Assembly: GCA_019113275.1 (NCBI GenBank)
Contig: DXHS01000069.1
Coordinates: forward strand, 1-60,498
Length of the DNA: 60,498 nt
From: Candidatus Protoclostridium stercorigallinarum
Lineage (GTDB): Bacteria > Bacillota > Clostridia > Christensenellales > Pumilibacteraceae
Reading direction: 5' to 3'
The translations under genes were made by a program, and so were the position numbers. This document shows, in pieces, positions 1 to 8,061 of the stretch. Below the pieces are notes generated by a model. That model had not been told where the DNA came from. It saw only the letters and a list, made by a program, of their open reading frames with translations, and ran no database searches. Numbering within the stretch: position 1 is the stretch's first letter; each line of letters begins with the position of its first letter.

Positions 1-225
1 GTCAAGTCCGTGAAATTGCCCGTCGATTCATTGAGAGAAACGTACAAGCTCGCTCTGTATATCAATTCCTCTGTGATGGGCGTACAGTTCTGCGAACCGA
101 ACGAAGCGGTATCCACGGGTACTTATTCCGCAACGCTCACGCTCGATCTCGAAAGCGGCAATGGAGTTGACAGCATCGAATCATTGATCGGTGTAGAAAC
201 AAGAGGAGAAGCTCCGCAGGCGTAA
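1..225 (+). CDS. C-terminal fragment of an unidentified protein (CDS enters from upstream of the window)
   Basis: Frame 1 is open from base 1 to TAA 223-225 (track ORF 10..225 is an in-frame Met). No recognisable motif. Followed by two stem-loops. Confidence 0.35.
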   Translation, partial: VKSVKLPVDSLRETYKLALYINSSVMGVQFCEPNEAVSTGTYSATLTLDLESGNGVDSIESLIGVETRGEAPQA

Positions 226-286
226 GTAATAATTATGCGGAACAACATGACAGAGGGCTGTGGTCGGATGACGACAGCTCTCTGTC

Positions 287-328
287 GCATTCGGGAATGA
301 TACCGCTTCGGCGCGGCATTCCGAATGC
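287..328 (+). terminator. Long imperfect hairpin after the upstream CDS, weak U-tract
   Basis: GCATTCGGGAATG ... CATTCCGAATGC with a UUCG-type apex. Preceded by a 7-bp stem GACAGAG/CTCTGTC at about 249-286. Confidence 0.4.
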
Positions 329-343
329 TTCTGGAAATTTCAT

Positions 344-372
344 TTGACAACTTCGCGAAAAAGGTGTAGACT
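344..372 (+). promoter_or_regulatory. sigmaA-type promoter TTGACA-17-TAGACT
   Basis: Hexamers and 17-nt spacer read directly. Lies 28 nt upstream of the ATG at 400, which has a GGAGG RBS. Confidence 0.55.
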
Positions 373-399
373 TCCATAAAAAGAACGGAGGAATCAATA

Positions 400-795
400 A
401 TGAAAATAGCGGTAACTTACGACAACGGCAACGTATTCGGACATTTCGGTCATACCGAAGAATTCAAGATATATGACGTCGAAGACGGCAAAGTCGTCGG
501 CAACGAAGTCGTTCACACCAACGGCAGCGGACACGGCGCGCTGGCGGGTTTTCTCAAAGAAAGAGGCGTGGATACTCTCATCTGCGGAGGCATAGGCGGC
601 GGCGCGATAGCCGCGCTCGCAGAGGCGGAAATCGCCGTTTACGGAGGCGTGACGGGCAATGCGGATAAGGCGGTCGAAACGTTTCTTTCCGGTTCACTCG
701 CTTATGACCCCAACGCGAAATGCAGCGGACACGAGCACTCGCACGATGACTGCGGCTCTCACGTCTGCGGGCACACCTGCCATAACGACAAGTGA
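400..795 (+). CDS. NifB/NifX/NafY-type cofactor-binding domain protein with Cys/His-rich tail
   Basis: 131 aa. MKIAV..GHFGH..FKIYDV...ICGGIGGGA pattern is typical of the family. C-terminal CSGHEHSHDDCGSHVCGHTCH. GGAGG RBS. Confidence 0.8.
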   Translation: MKIAVTYDNGNVFGHFGHTEEFKIYDVEDGKVVGNEVVHTNGSGHGALAGFLKERGVDTLICGGIGGGAIAALAEAEIAVYGGVTGNADKAVETFLSGSLAYDPNAKCSGHEHSHDDCGSHVCGHTCHNDK

Positions 796-816
796 TCGGA
801 TATACAAATACCATTG

Positions 817-852
817 AAACCAACCGTCGGTACACGCCGACGGTCGGTTTTT
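817..852 (+). terminator. Rho-independent terminator
   Basis: AAACCAACCGTCGG / CCGACGGTCGGTTT stem followed by a T-run. Confidence 0.65.
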
Positions 853-872
853 ATCATAAAATATCGCAAATG

Positions 873-908
873 CAACCGAAAGGTTACATAAAAACAACCG
901 AAAGGTTA
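873..908. promoter_or_regulatory. Tandem 14-bp direct repeat CAACCGAAAGGTTA x2 (each a small palindrome AACC-N4-GGTT), candidate operator
   Basis: Copies at 873-886 and 895-908, 22 nt apart. The second copy abuts the -35 box at 909. Confidence 0.5.
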
Positions 909-937
909 TTTACATGACGATGCGAGTATGCTATATT
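909..937 (+). promoter_or_regulatory. sigmaA-type promoter TTTACA-17-TATATT
   Basis: Read directly. Sits upstream of the ATG at 982. Confidence 0.5.
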
Positions 938-981
938 CAATGTGTAAACGAAAGCAGCTCGGAAGGGAAAAGGAGATAACC

Positions 982-1419
982 ATGAAAACGACGGCAAAAA
1001 ATATAGCGGCTCTTATCGCGGTCATCGCCGCGGATATCCTGTCGGTCGCGCTCGGCATTGCCGTATGGATCGTCTCGGGCGAAACGGTAGACGATATCGT
1101 CATCCCGCTCGGGATATTCCTGCTGTTTACGGCCGCGCAGACCGCTGCCGCGATACTCGGTAGGAAAAAAGGTGACGGAGCTTTTGCAATATCCGTTACG
1201 CTGTCCGTGCTCAAACTCGTGATAGTATTCTGCACGGAATTCTTCTGGGACATCCGCAACATATACTTCGGCGACCCAGATAAAACGGCAATATCCGTTC
1301 TCATCATATCGTATCTGATCTCGATCGCCGTAGTCTTTGCGTGCGAACTCGCAACTCAGCTACTTTCAAAAATCCGCAGCAATCGCATGGACACGATAAG
1401 CAGCGACATTTCGGAATAA
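982..1419 (+). CDS. Hypothetical integral membrane protein (about 4 TM helices)
   Basis: ATG 982 is preceded by an AAAAGGAG RBS. The track start 928 lies inside the predicted -10 element. Hydrophobic helices throughout. Confidence 0.55.
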   Translation: MKTTAKNIAALIAVIAADILSVALGIAVWIVSGETVDDIVIPLGIFLLFTAAQTAAAILGRKKGDGAFAISVTLSVLKLVIVFCTEFFWDIRNIYFGDPDKTAISVLIISYLISIAVVFACELATQLLSKIRSNRMDTISSDISE

Positions 1420-1424
1420 GCATA

Positions 1425-1453
1425 TTGACACAAACACCGATGCGTGATAGAAT
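1425..1453 (+). promoter_or_regulatory. sigmaA-type promoter TTGACA-17-(TGa)TAGAAT
   Basis: Read directly. Extended -10 TG present. Confidence 0.55.
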
Positions 1454-1486
1454 ATGAATACACAAAAACCGACCGGAGCAGCAAAA

Positions 1487-2311
1487 ATGGACGTATCCGC
1501 AAACAAGACAACGGGAATGATAATAGCCGAAGAGCGTAAAAAACGCGGCTATACGCAGGAATCGCTCGCCGAAGCCATGGGTGTTTCCAGACAGGCGGTA
1601 TCCCGATGGGAATCGGATTCCGCTTATCCCGAAACGGAGAAGCTGATAAAACTCGCCCGTCTGCTCGATCTCGACCTCAATCGGCTGCTGCTCGGTAGCG
1701 AGCCGCCCGAGGACGATACCCGAAGCGACGATATCGATACGGCGCCCGAACGCCGCGAATACGGATACCGTGGTTTCGTGCTTCCGCGCTACGAATATGT
1801 AAGCCGTACAAAACTGTTCGGGCTGCCGCTCGTACACATAAACATAGGTCACGGCGTATACCGTGCCAAGGGCGTGATAGCCATAGGCACGATAGCTACG
1901 GGACTGATATCCATAGGGATATTCTCGTTGGGGCTGATATCTATAGGAGTGCTTTGCGCGGGACTGCTTGCGCTCGGAGTCCTGTCAGGCGGGTTCTTTT
2001 CGATAGGCGCCATCTCTTTCGGCATAATAGCCATGGGTGCGGTCGCGATAGGATTGATGTCATTTGGAGCGCTGTCGGTCGGGATATTCGCCTTCGGCGG
2101 ACTCAGCATAGGCGGGTACCTGGCGGTAGGCGAGCACGCTTACGGCGGTATCGTCGTGGCAATGACTCACGGGCACGGGAGTATAGCGACGTTCATTTCA
2201 ACATCGGCAAGCACGATCGCATACGACCGCGACGCGCTGATGAGCGCGATAGACGCCAACATCCCGAAATTCTGGATATGGTTCATATCCATAGCCAAAG
2301 CGCTGTTGTGA
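1487..2311 (+). CDS. Membrane-tethered XRE-family (HTH_3) transcriptional regulator with hydrophobic pentapeptide-repeat C-terminal domain
   Basis: RGYTQESLAEAMGVSRQAVSRWE helix-turn-helix. GGAG RBS before ATG 1487. The track start 1454 directly abuts the -10 box. Confidence 0.8.
   Translation: MDVSANKTTGMIIAEERKKRGYTQESLAEAMGVSRQAVSRWESDSAYPETEKLIKLARLLDLDLNRLLLGSEPPEDDTRSDDIDTAPERREYGYRGFVLPRYEYVSRTKLFGLPLVHINIGHGVYRAKGVIAIGTIATGLISIGIFSLGLISIGVLCAGLLALGVLSGGFFSIGAISFGIIAMGAVAIGLMSFGALSVGIFAFGGLSIGGYLAVGEHAYGGIVVAMTHGHGSIATFISTSASTIAYDRDALMSAIDANIPKFWIWFISIAKALL
1865..2119 (+). repeat. 15-nt periodic coding repeat = 17 consecutive [S/A]-x-G-x-hydrophobic pentapeptides
   Basis: AKGVI AIGTI ATGLI SIGIF SLGLI SIGVL CAGLL ALGVL SGGFF SIGAI SFGII AMGAV AIGLM SFGAL SVGIF AFGGL SIGGY. 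Confidence 0.85.
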
Positions 2312-2330
2312 TAACGGCAAAGGAGGGAAA

Positions 2331-2867
2331 ATGACGGATAAAAACGACATGCAAAACAATGCGGGGACGGACGTTACGGAAAACGTAAAACACAGACGTT
2401 TTACGGCGCCCGCGATCGCGGCGACGGTACTCTTTGCCGTAGGGCTCGCATTCGTTCTCGTCGCATTCCTTGCGGGAGGAGATCCGTTCTTTCTCGTCCT
2501 TGCATTCATAAGCGGCGGCGCGGCGATAATCTGTCTTATCGTATGGCTGCTGAAAGACATCGCGAAACTGAGAATAAAGAAAAAGCTGACAGCGGAAACG
2601 CTCGTACCCGTCATCGGGATATGCCTTACTTGTCTTACGCCGCTCGTCTATATACCGGCATTATCGCTCATATTGTTTTTTACCGGCATGGTATTCGTAT
2701 TTCCGATAGCCGGTCTCATTCTCGGAGTTACAGGTATCGTCATAAGTGTGAAAAACAGTAAACCGGGCTTGATACTTTCGATAATATCCGTGTCGCTTCC
2801 CGTTATCTTTCTCATAGTCATGTTCATCCTTGCCGCTAACGACGTCGCGATAATTTCTCTGATGTGA
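2331..2867 (+). CDS. Hypothetical integral membrane protein (about 5 TM helices)
   Basis: AGGAGGG RBS before ATG 2331. Hydrophobic helices. Stop overlaps the next start. Confidence 0.6.
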   Translation: MTDKNDMQNNAGTDVTENVKHRRFTAPAIAATVLFAVGLAFVLVAFLAGGDPFFLVLAFISGGAAIICLIVWLLKDIAKLRIKKKLTAETLVPVIGICLTCLTPLVYIPALSLILFFTGMVFVFPIAGLILGVTGIVISVKNSKPGLILSIISVSLPVIFLIVMFILAANDVAIISLM

Positions 2868-4063
2868 ACGGTACCATGAAAGAACGCGCGAAAAAAACTC
2901 TTATCCTTACGGCGCGCATAGCCGTCACCGCCGCGGCGATCGCGGTCTGCGCCGTGATGCTGGAAACTTACGATTACATCTCCCGTTTCGGCGCGATAGA
3001 TAACGGCATAGGCATGCTGCCCGTGATACTGATAGTAGCGGCTCTTGCCTGTATTTGCGTTATCGTATGGCTGGGCAAGGTCGCGCGGCGCACGGCGATA
3101 TGTATCGCGCTCGCCGTAATATCCGTGATTTGTTTCGCGCTTTATCCGAATGCCGTAAGGGGGAATTGGTGGCGGGTGAGCAATAACGGCATCGCCGAGA
3201 CGGAACCTGACATATCCGTTTATGCGCCCTTTACGGGCTCACACACGGCTTCGCTCGACGAGCCTGCCTCTCTGCAATTAGACGATGATATTCCCGTTAT
3301 GGACGGCGCAACGGCGCTATATCCGATGTATGCGGCATTCGCGCAGGCTGTCTGCGACGAAAACGCGTATTCCGAAGATCTCGTGCGCTGCACGAAGACC
3401 ACGGGCGCATACGACGCTCTCATAAACGGAGACGTCGACGTGATCTTCGTGCTCGAACCGTCGGCTTCTCAAAAGAAAAAAGCAGAGGAGGCGGGAGCGG
3501 ATCTCAGGCTGCACAAGCTCGGCGCGGAAGCGTTCGTGTTCATAGTATCGGACGAAAACCCCATAGACGGACTGAGTTATGAACAGCTGCAAAACATATA
3601 CTCGGGCAAGACTTCGAGGTGGAAAACTCTGGGCTGGGAAGAAGGCGGCGATATGATCGTGTTCCAACGCCCCGAAGGCTCCGGCAGCCAGACGGGCTTA
3701 CAGAAAATAATGGCAGATACGCCCGTCGCCGCGCCGCGCCCGCTGCCCGATGACAGCCTCATAGGAACGAACAGTCTTATGCGGCAGGTGACCGTCGAAT
3801 GGAACGGAGTCCACCCCGCGCTCGGCTATTCGTACAGATTTTTCGCCGAAACGATGTATCCCAATCCGCACGCGAAACTTCTGAAGATAAACGGCGTATA
3901 CCCGTCCGAAAAGAGCATACGCGACGGCAGCTATCCGTTCATAATGGATCTGTATGCCGTAACGAACGGAGAGGCGTCGGGGAACACGAAAAAGCTCATA
4001 GACTGGGCTATGTCGGAGGAGGGAAAAGAACTCATCGAAAGATCGGGCTATGTGGCGGTCTGA
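2864..4063 (+). CDS. Membrane-anchored PstS-like (PBP_like_2) substrate-binding protein
   Basis: Three N-terminal TM helices, then DGATALYP..., VFQRPEGSGSQTG, typical of phosphate-type periplasmic binding domains. GTG 2864 overlaps the previous stop (ATG 2876 is an alternative start). Confidence 0.75.
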   Translation: MNGTMKERAKKTLILTARIAVTAAAIAVCAVMLETYDYISRFGAIDNGIGMLPVILIVAALACICVIVWLGKVARRTAICIALAVISVICFALYPNAVRGNWWRVSNNGIAETEPDISVYAPFTGSHTASLDEPASLQLDDDIPVMDGATALYPMYAAFAQAVCDENAYSEDLVRCTKTTGAYDALINGDVDVIFVLEPSASQKKKAEEAGADLRLHKLGAEAFVFIVSDENPIDGLSYEQLQNIYSGKTSRWKTLGWEEGGDMIVFQRPEGSGSQTGLQKIMADTPVAAPRPLPDDSLIGTNSLMRQVTVEWNGVHPALGYSYRFFAETMYPNPHAKLLKINGVYPSEKSIRDGSYPFIMDLYAVTNGEASGNTKKLIDWAMSEEGKELIERSGYVAV

Positions 4064-4085
4064 ACGACGAATATACTATATCCAA

Positions 4086-4121
4086 TGCGGCGGTCTCTTT
4101 CGGGACCGCCGCAACGTTTTT
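4086..4121. terminator. Bidirectional terminator hairpin between convergent genes
   Basis: TGCGGCGGTC / GACCGCCGCA stem, then a T-run on the + strand. Confidence 0.7.
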
Positions 4122-4132
4122 GTTTATACAGC

Positions 4133-7100
4133 CTATTTTACGGATGACTGAGTCAATACCGCGTCTATGCGATGACGTATGCGTTCGATGACGTCGTGGG
4201 CGTTGTGCCACCAATCGCGACTCCACACTCGCATGATGTTCCAGCCTTTCTGCTCGAGGAAGCGGCACGCATACACATCGCGTTCGAGAGGAGTCTCGTC
4301 GGCGGAGTACAACACCTTATCCACCTGAATACCGAGGACGTATCTGTCTTTCTTCTTATCGTAGACCGCCACGGATATCCTGTTCGTACCGCTGCCGAGA
4401 TCGGTATCCACGTCGTAACCGAACGAGCGTAATTTCGCGGCGATCTGCTGTTCGACGGGAACGGTGAGTTCGGCATGCTTGGCGATGACCGAAGGAGGGC
4501 AGAGCCCGTCGAGCACCGCTTTGATCTCCGCACGGTTGCCGCCCGAAACGGCGCGCGCATAAGTAAGATATGCTCGGAACAGCTTCGGGCCGTTGTTCTT
4601 GGACGAGTCGACCCGCAGATCTTCGGGCTCTATGCTCGTTATAACGTATATCTTCTTTTTGGCTCGGGTGACCGCGACGTTTAGTCTGTTTTCTCCGCCC
4701 TCGACGGACAAAGAGCCGAAATGAGCATTGACGCGGTCGTTGTCGTTGCGCGCGTAACCGATGCTGAATATGATAACGTCGCGTTCGTCGCCCTGAACGT
4801 TTTCGATGTTCTTTATGAACAGGCTCACATCCTGACCGCCGTCTTTGCGGTTGGCTTCGCGAATGTATGCCGTGCGGAATTCCACGTCCTTGCGGCATTC
4901 CTTTTCTATCGCGTCCTCGATACAGGACTGCTGCTCCATACCGAACGTGATGATACCGAACGTGTCTCCCGCGCGGCTCTTGAACAGTTTTTTGAGAAGT
5001 CTGACCGTCTCCGCTGCTTCGACGGGATTGCAGCGATCCCGCCATGTGCCGTTCACCTTGATACGCTCTATAGCTTTGTTCTTGAGCGACTTCGTGACGT
5101 CGGGCGAGATACGGAGCATGTCGTCGTAGAACGCTTTGTTAGAGAAATCTATCAGTCCGCGGCTGCGGCTGCGGTAGTGATATGTGATATTCGCACTATC
5201 GAAACGGGCTACGGCGAGATCGAGCAGGCTCTCCACTTCGAGCGCCGCCTGCAAAGTGAGATCGCTGTCGTCATCCGCGCCGCCCATATATCTGCGCATG
5301 AAAGTAGTCGTGGGGCGAAGCTGCTTTGCATCGCCGGCGACCACAACGTTCTTTCCGCGGATTATAGAAGGCACCGTATTTTCTATGAATACCTGGCTCG
5401 CTTCGTCGAAAAGCACGAGATCGAACATGTTTTTCTTCAGCGGGAGGATGGACGAAACGTTCTCGGGGGAGAGCAGCCAGCACGGATAAAGCGTGAGCAG
5501 ATAATCGCCGAACACCTCCATCATGCGGCGCAGCGGCCAAAAATTCTGTTTTTTGGATATCTGATAGAGATAATCCTTCGCATCCTCGCGTGACGCATAC
5601 ATATCTCTGTACTCGGGCTCGAAGCTCTGCGCGCAGATCTTGCGGCTGACTCCCGCAAGCTCGGCAGTGAGCGTGTTTATATGCGCCTTTATGTTCTCGA
5701 AATCCACGGTGGCGGAAAGCTCGTTCTTCTTCGTCTTTTCGCAGTTTATGATCTCGTGATAAACGCGCAGGGGCAGCAGCTTGATTATGACGCTGCGGAA
5801 CTGCTCGTAATCGCGCGTCATGCGATATGCAAAATTGAGTATATGCTTTTCGGGCTGCGAGAAATTATGCAGGCTGAGCGATACATCGCTCACTTTAACG
5901 TAATCTGCGAGCGCAGCCCTGAGATTGCTGAGCGTATTCTCGTTGCCCTCGAGTATCCCGCCGAGCGCCATCGCGTATCCTTCGTACGTCAACACTTCCT
6001 TCAAGAAGTCGTAATCGCTGACGAAATCGGCTATGGCTTCCTTCGTCTGCTCGTACTGCCTGCGCACCTCGCTCTCTTTTTTGCTCATCTGGTAGCGCGC
6101 AAAAGGGTAAAGAGGGAAAAGTACCTTGCTCGCCTGCAAAAAGGAATATGACGAAGGATATTCGAACCCCGCGAGCATACGAATGAACATCTTTTCGTTG
6201 CGGGGATTGGATAGTTTGTCGTACTGCGCTATTATCTGACGCGCGAACGGATGATCCGCTTCGTCGAATACAGCTGTACGCGAGCCCGTTAACTCCGCGA
6301 ACTTGTTCCTGGCATACGACAGAGTATCTATCGGCAGATCGGGTTTTAAGTGCTGTATGAATGGATTGAACTTTTTGTTCTCGACGAAATTATAATATAT
6401 GTCTATCTTATCGTGTTCGAGGAGCGTATCTATCGCGCCGCGCATGGTGGGATAATCCATCGTGCGCAGCACTTTATCCTTGAGCATCTCGTTGTATATC
6501 GTATACTCCTCGCTGTTTTTGCCGGGAATGAAGGATCCGTAATACATGTCCATAAGACTTATGCCGAAGCCGTCGTCCTCGGAAAACGTATCGGATATCT
6601 CGCGCAGTTTATCCGTCTCTTCGCGCAGGCGCGCCGCCACTTCGTCATACTCGGGGAAGCGGTCGACGTATTGTTTTTTCATCACCTCGTCGTGCCGCAG
6701 CAGACAGCGCGAATAAAAATTGCGCCGTTCTTTCACGGGATCGACGATGAACATCGCCTTATCCGAAAGATCCGCGAGGCGGTTGTAAACTACGTCGAGC
6801 GCGGCTTTCTTCTGCGACACCACGAGCACGCGTTTGCCCTTGCAGAGCGCGTCCGAAATGAGATTGACTATCGTCTGCGATTTGCCCGTTCCGGGAGGTC
6901 CGTATATGACCATATTGCCCGCGTCGGCGACCTTCTCCACCACGCCGCGCTGCGCATAGTCGAGATCGGAAATACAATAGCAATTTTCGTCGCGCGATTG
7001 TTTCCTCTTTTTGCGGCGCAGCTTCTGCGGCTCGAAAAGCTCTTCCACCGCGTCGTTTACGATGCGGCTGCGTTCCAGCTCGGAATAATCGTTGTAGATA

Positions 7101-7876
7101 GAATTCGCCATGGAAAAGCGGGCGAGAACGCATACGCGTTTGACGTCGAGCGCGTCACGGACCTTCGGCTCTGGAAGAGTATCGAACGGCTGCACGGTCT
7201 TTTGTTCGTTGTAACGCAAACGGATGCCGAACTTTTTCAGATACGAGAGCACGGATTCGATCGACTTGAATCCGCCGCGGGGGAGACTGTCGAACTCGGT
7301 TTCGAGTTCTTCTATATCCAGGCTCTTTGCCTGAGCATAAGCAAAAACGAGCGCCTTGTTAAGACGCACACATTCGTTCTTCTTTACGCTTATACGGACG
7401 ATATTGCTCTCCGTTATCTCCACCTCGACGGGGAAGAAGAGCAACGGCGCTTTGATCACAACGTCGCGCAGACCGCCGCATACGAACGGATAGCCGACGA
7501 AAAGTTCGTAGCGCCCCGTTTCTTTTTCTATGTCTTCCGCTTCTCTTCTGAGCGTGCGGAGAGAAGTCGCCTCTCTTTCGAGAGCGGCGTTGAACGGCTG
7601 TTTGGCGCGCCCGGAACGCGGGGAAGACGGAGCGACGGGTTCCTCCTTACCGAATAACTTTTTGAGAGAATCGACGCTCGGAGAAAGTATCGTGAACTTA
7701 TCCTTACGACCCGCCCAGATGAAATCGAAAAATTCGTCCGCCCATTCGCGATCGGTGGCGAGCAGTCTGCCTATATCGTAGCCCGTTTTTTTGCTGAACG
7801 AACGTATGTACAGGCTCCTGTTCCTGCCGCTGATCTCTATCAGGCGTTCTTTGTAATATGTATATATGCTCTTCAT
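4133..7876 (-). CDS. DUF4011 / Upf1-like SF1 helicase (AAA_11, AAA_12) with C-terminal Vsr/DUF559-like endonuclease fold (HheA-like)
   Basis: Walker A IYGPPGTGKSQT; LVLFDEASQV; VAGDAKQLRPT; LNVAVTRAKKK. C-terminus YVLGIQVD..FLEQKGWNIMRVWSRDWW. GGAGG RBS favours ATG 7876 over 7891. Confidence 0.9.
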   Translation of the reverse strand: MKSIYTYYKERLIEISGRNRSLYIRSFSKKTGYDIGRLLATDREWADEFFDFIWAGRKDKFTILSPSVDSLKKLFGKEEPVAPSSPRSGRAKQPFNAALEREATSLRTLRREAEDIEKETGRYELFVGYPFVCGGLRDVVIKAPLLFFPVEVEITESNIVRISVKKNECVRLNKALVFAYAQAKSLDIEELETEFDSLPRGGFKSIESVLSYLKKFGIRLRYNEQKTVQPFDTLPEPKVRDALDVKRVCVLARFSMANSIYNDYSELERSRIVNDAVEELFEPQKLRRKKRKQSRDENCYCISDLDYAQRGVVEKVADAGNMVIYGPPGTGKSQTIVNLISDALCKGKRVLVVSQKKAALDVVYNRLADLSDKAMFIVDPVKERRNFYSRCLLRHDEVMKKQYVDRFPEYDEVAARLREETDKLREISDTFSEDDGFGISLMDMYYGSFIPGKNSEEYTIYNEMLKDKVLRTMDYPTMRGAIDTLLEHDKIDIYYNFVENKKFNPFIQHLKPDLPIDTLSYARNKFAELTGSRTAVFDEADHPFARQIIAQYDKLSNPRNEKMFIRMLAGFEYPSSYSFLQASKVLFPLYPFARYQMSKKESEVRRQYEQTKEAIADFVSDYDFLKEVLTYEGYAMALGGILEGNENTLSNLRAALADYVKVSDVSLSLHNFSQPEKHILNFAYRMTRDYEQFRSVIIKLLPLRVYHEIINCEKTKKNELSATVDFENIKAHINTLTAELAGVSRKICAQSFEPEYRDMYASREDAKDYLYQISKKQNFWPLRRMMEVFGDYLLTLYPCWLLSPENVSSILPLKKNMFDLVLFDEASQVFIENTVPSIIRGKNVVVAGDAKQLRPTTTFMRRYMGGADDDSDLTLQAALEVESLLDLAVARFDSANITYHYRSRSRGLIDFSNKAFYDDMLRISPDVTKSLKNKAIERIKVNGTWRDRCNPVEAAETVRLLKKLFKSRAGDTFGIITFGMEQQSCIEDAIEKECRKDVEFRTAYIREANRKDGGQDVSLFIKNIENVQGDERDVIIFSIGYARNDNDRVNAHFGSLSVEGGENRLNVAVTRAKKKIYVITSIEPEDLRVDSSKNNGPKLFRAYLTYARAVSGGNRAEIKAVLDGLCPPSVIAKHAELTVPVEQQIAAKLRSFGYDVDTDLGSGTNRISVAVYDKKKDRYVLGIQVDKVLYSADETPLERDVYACRFLEQKGWNIMRVWSRDWWHNAHDVIERIRHRIDAVLTQSSVK

Positions 7877-7927
7877 TCGTCCTCCGCTCATACAGCACGG
7901 CGAAGAGGCTCTCCGTGCTTGTTATAT

Positions 7928-7956
7928 ATTATACTACATACGTTTGATTTTGGCAA
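7928..7956 (-). promoter_or_regulatory. sigmaA-type promoter TTGCCA-17-TATAAT for the helicase gene
   Basis: Read on the minus strand. The leader contains a 7-bp hairpin AGCACGG/CCGTGCT. Confidence 0.6.
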
Positions 7957-8003
7957 GTGGCTCGCTTCGTATAAGCAAAATTTTCTTTCGGGCTCATTAT
8001 CGC

Positions 8004-8032
8004 TTGACGTAAATCCGCTTATGCGTTATCCT
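8004..8032 (+). promoter_or_regulatory. sigmaA-type promoter TTGACG-17-TATCCT
   Basis: Read directly upstream of the DAHP synthase gene. Confidence 0.45.
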
Positions 8033-8061
8033 TTGTATATCCAAGTCACGGAGAAACGAAA

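Noticed and set aside
928-981. ATG 928 as the start of the first membrane protein, and ATG 1454 as the start of the XRE gene.
   Set aside because: Both lie within or directly against the predicted -10 hexamers. Downstream ATGs (982 and 1487) have Shine-Dalgarno sequences.
1849-2109. An 86-aa antisense ORF with a striking Pro/Ile periodic pattern, and the 1954..2334 Arg-rich ORF.
   Set aside because: These are mirror and shifted frames of the 15-nt periodic repeat that encodes the XRE membrane domain. The sense frame has the HTH domain and an RBS.
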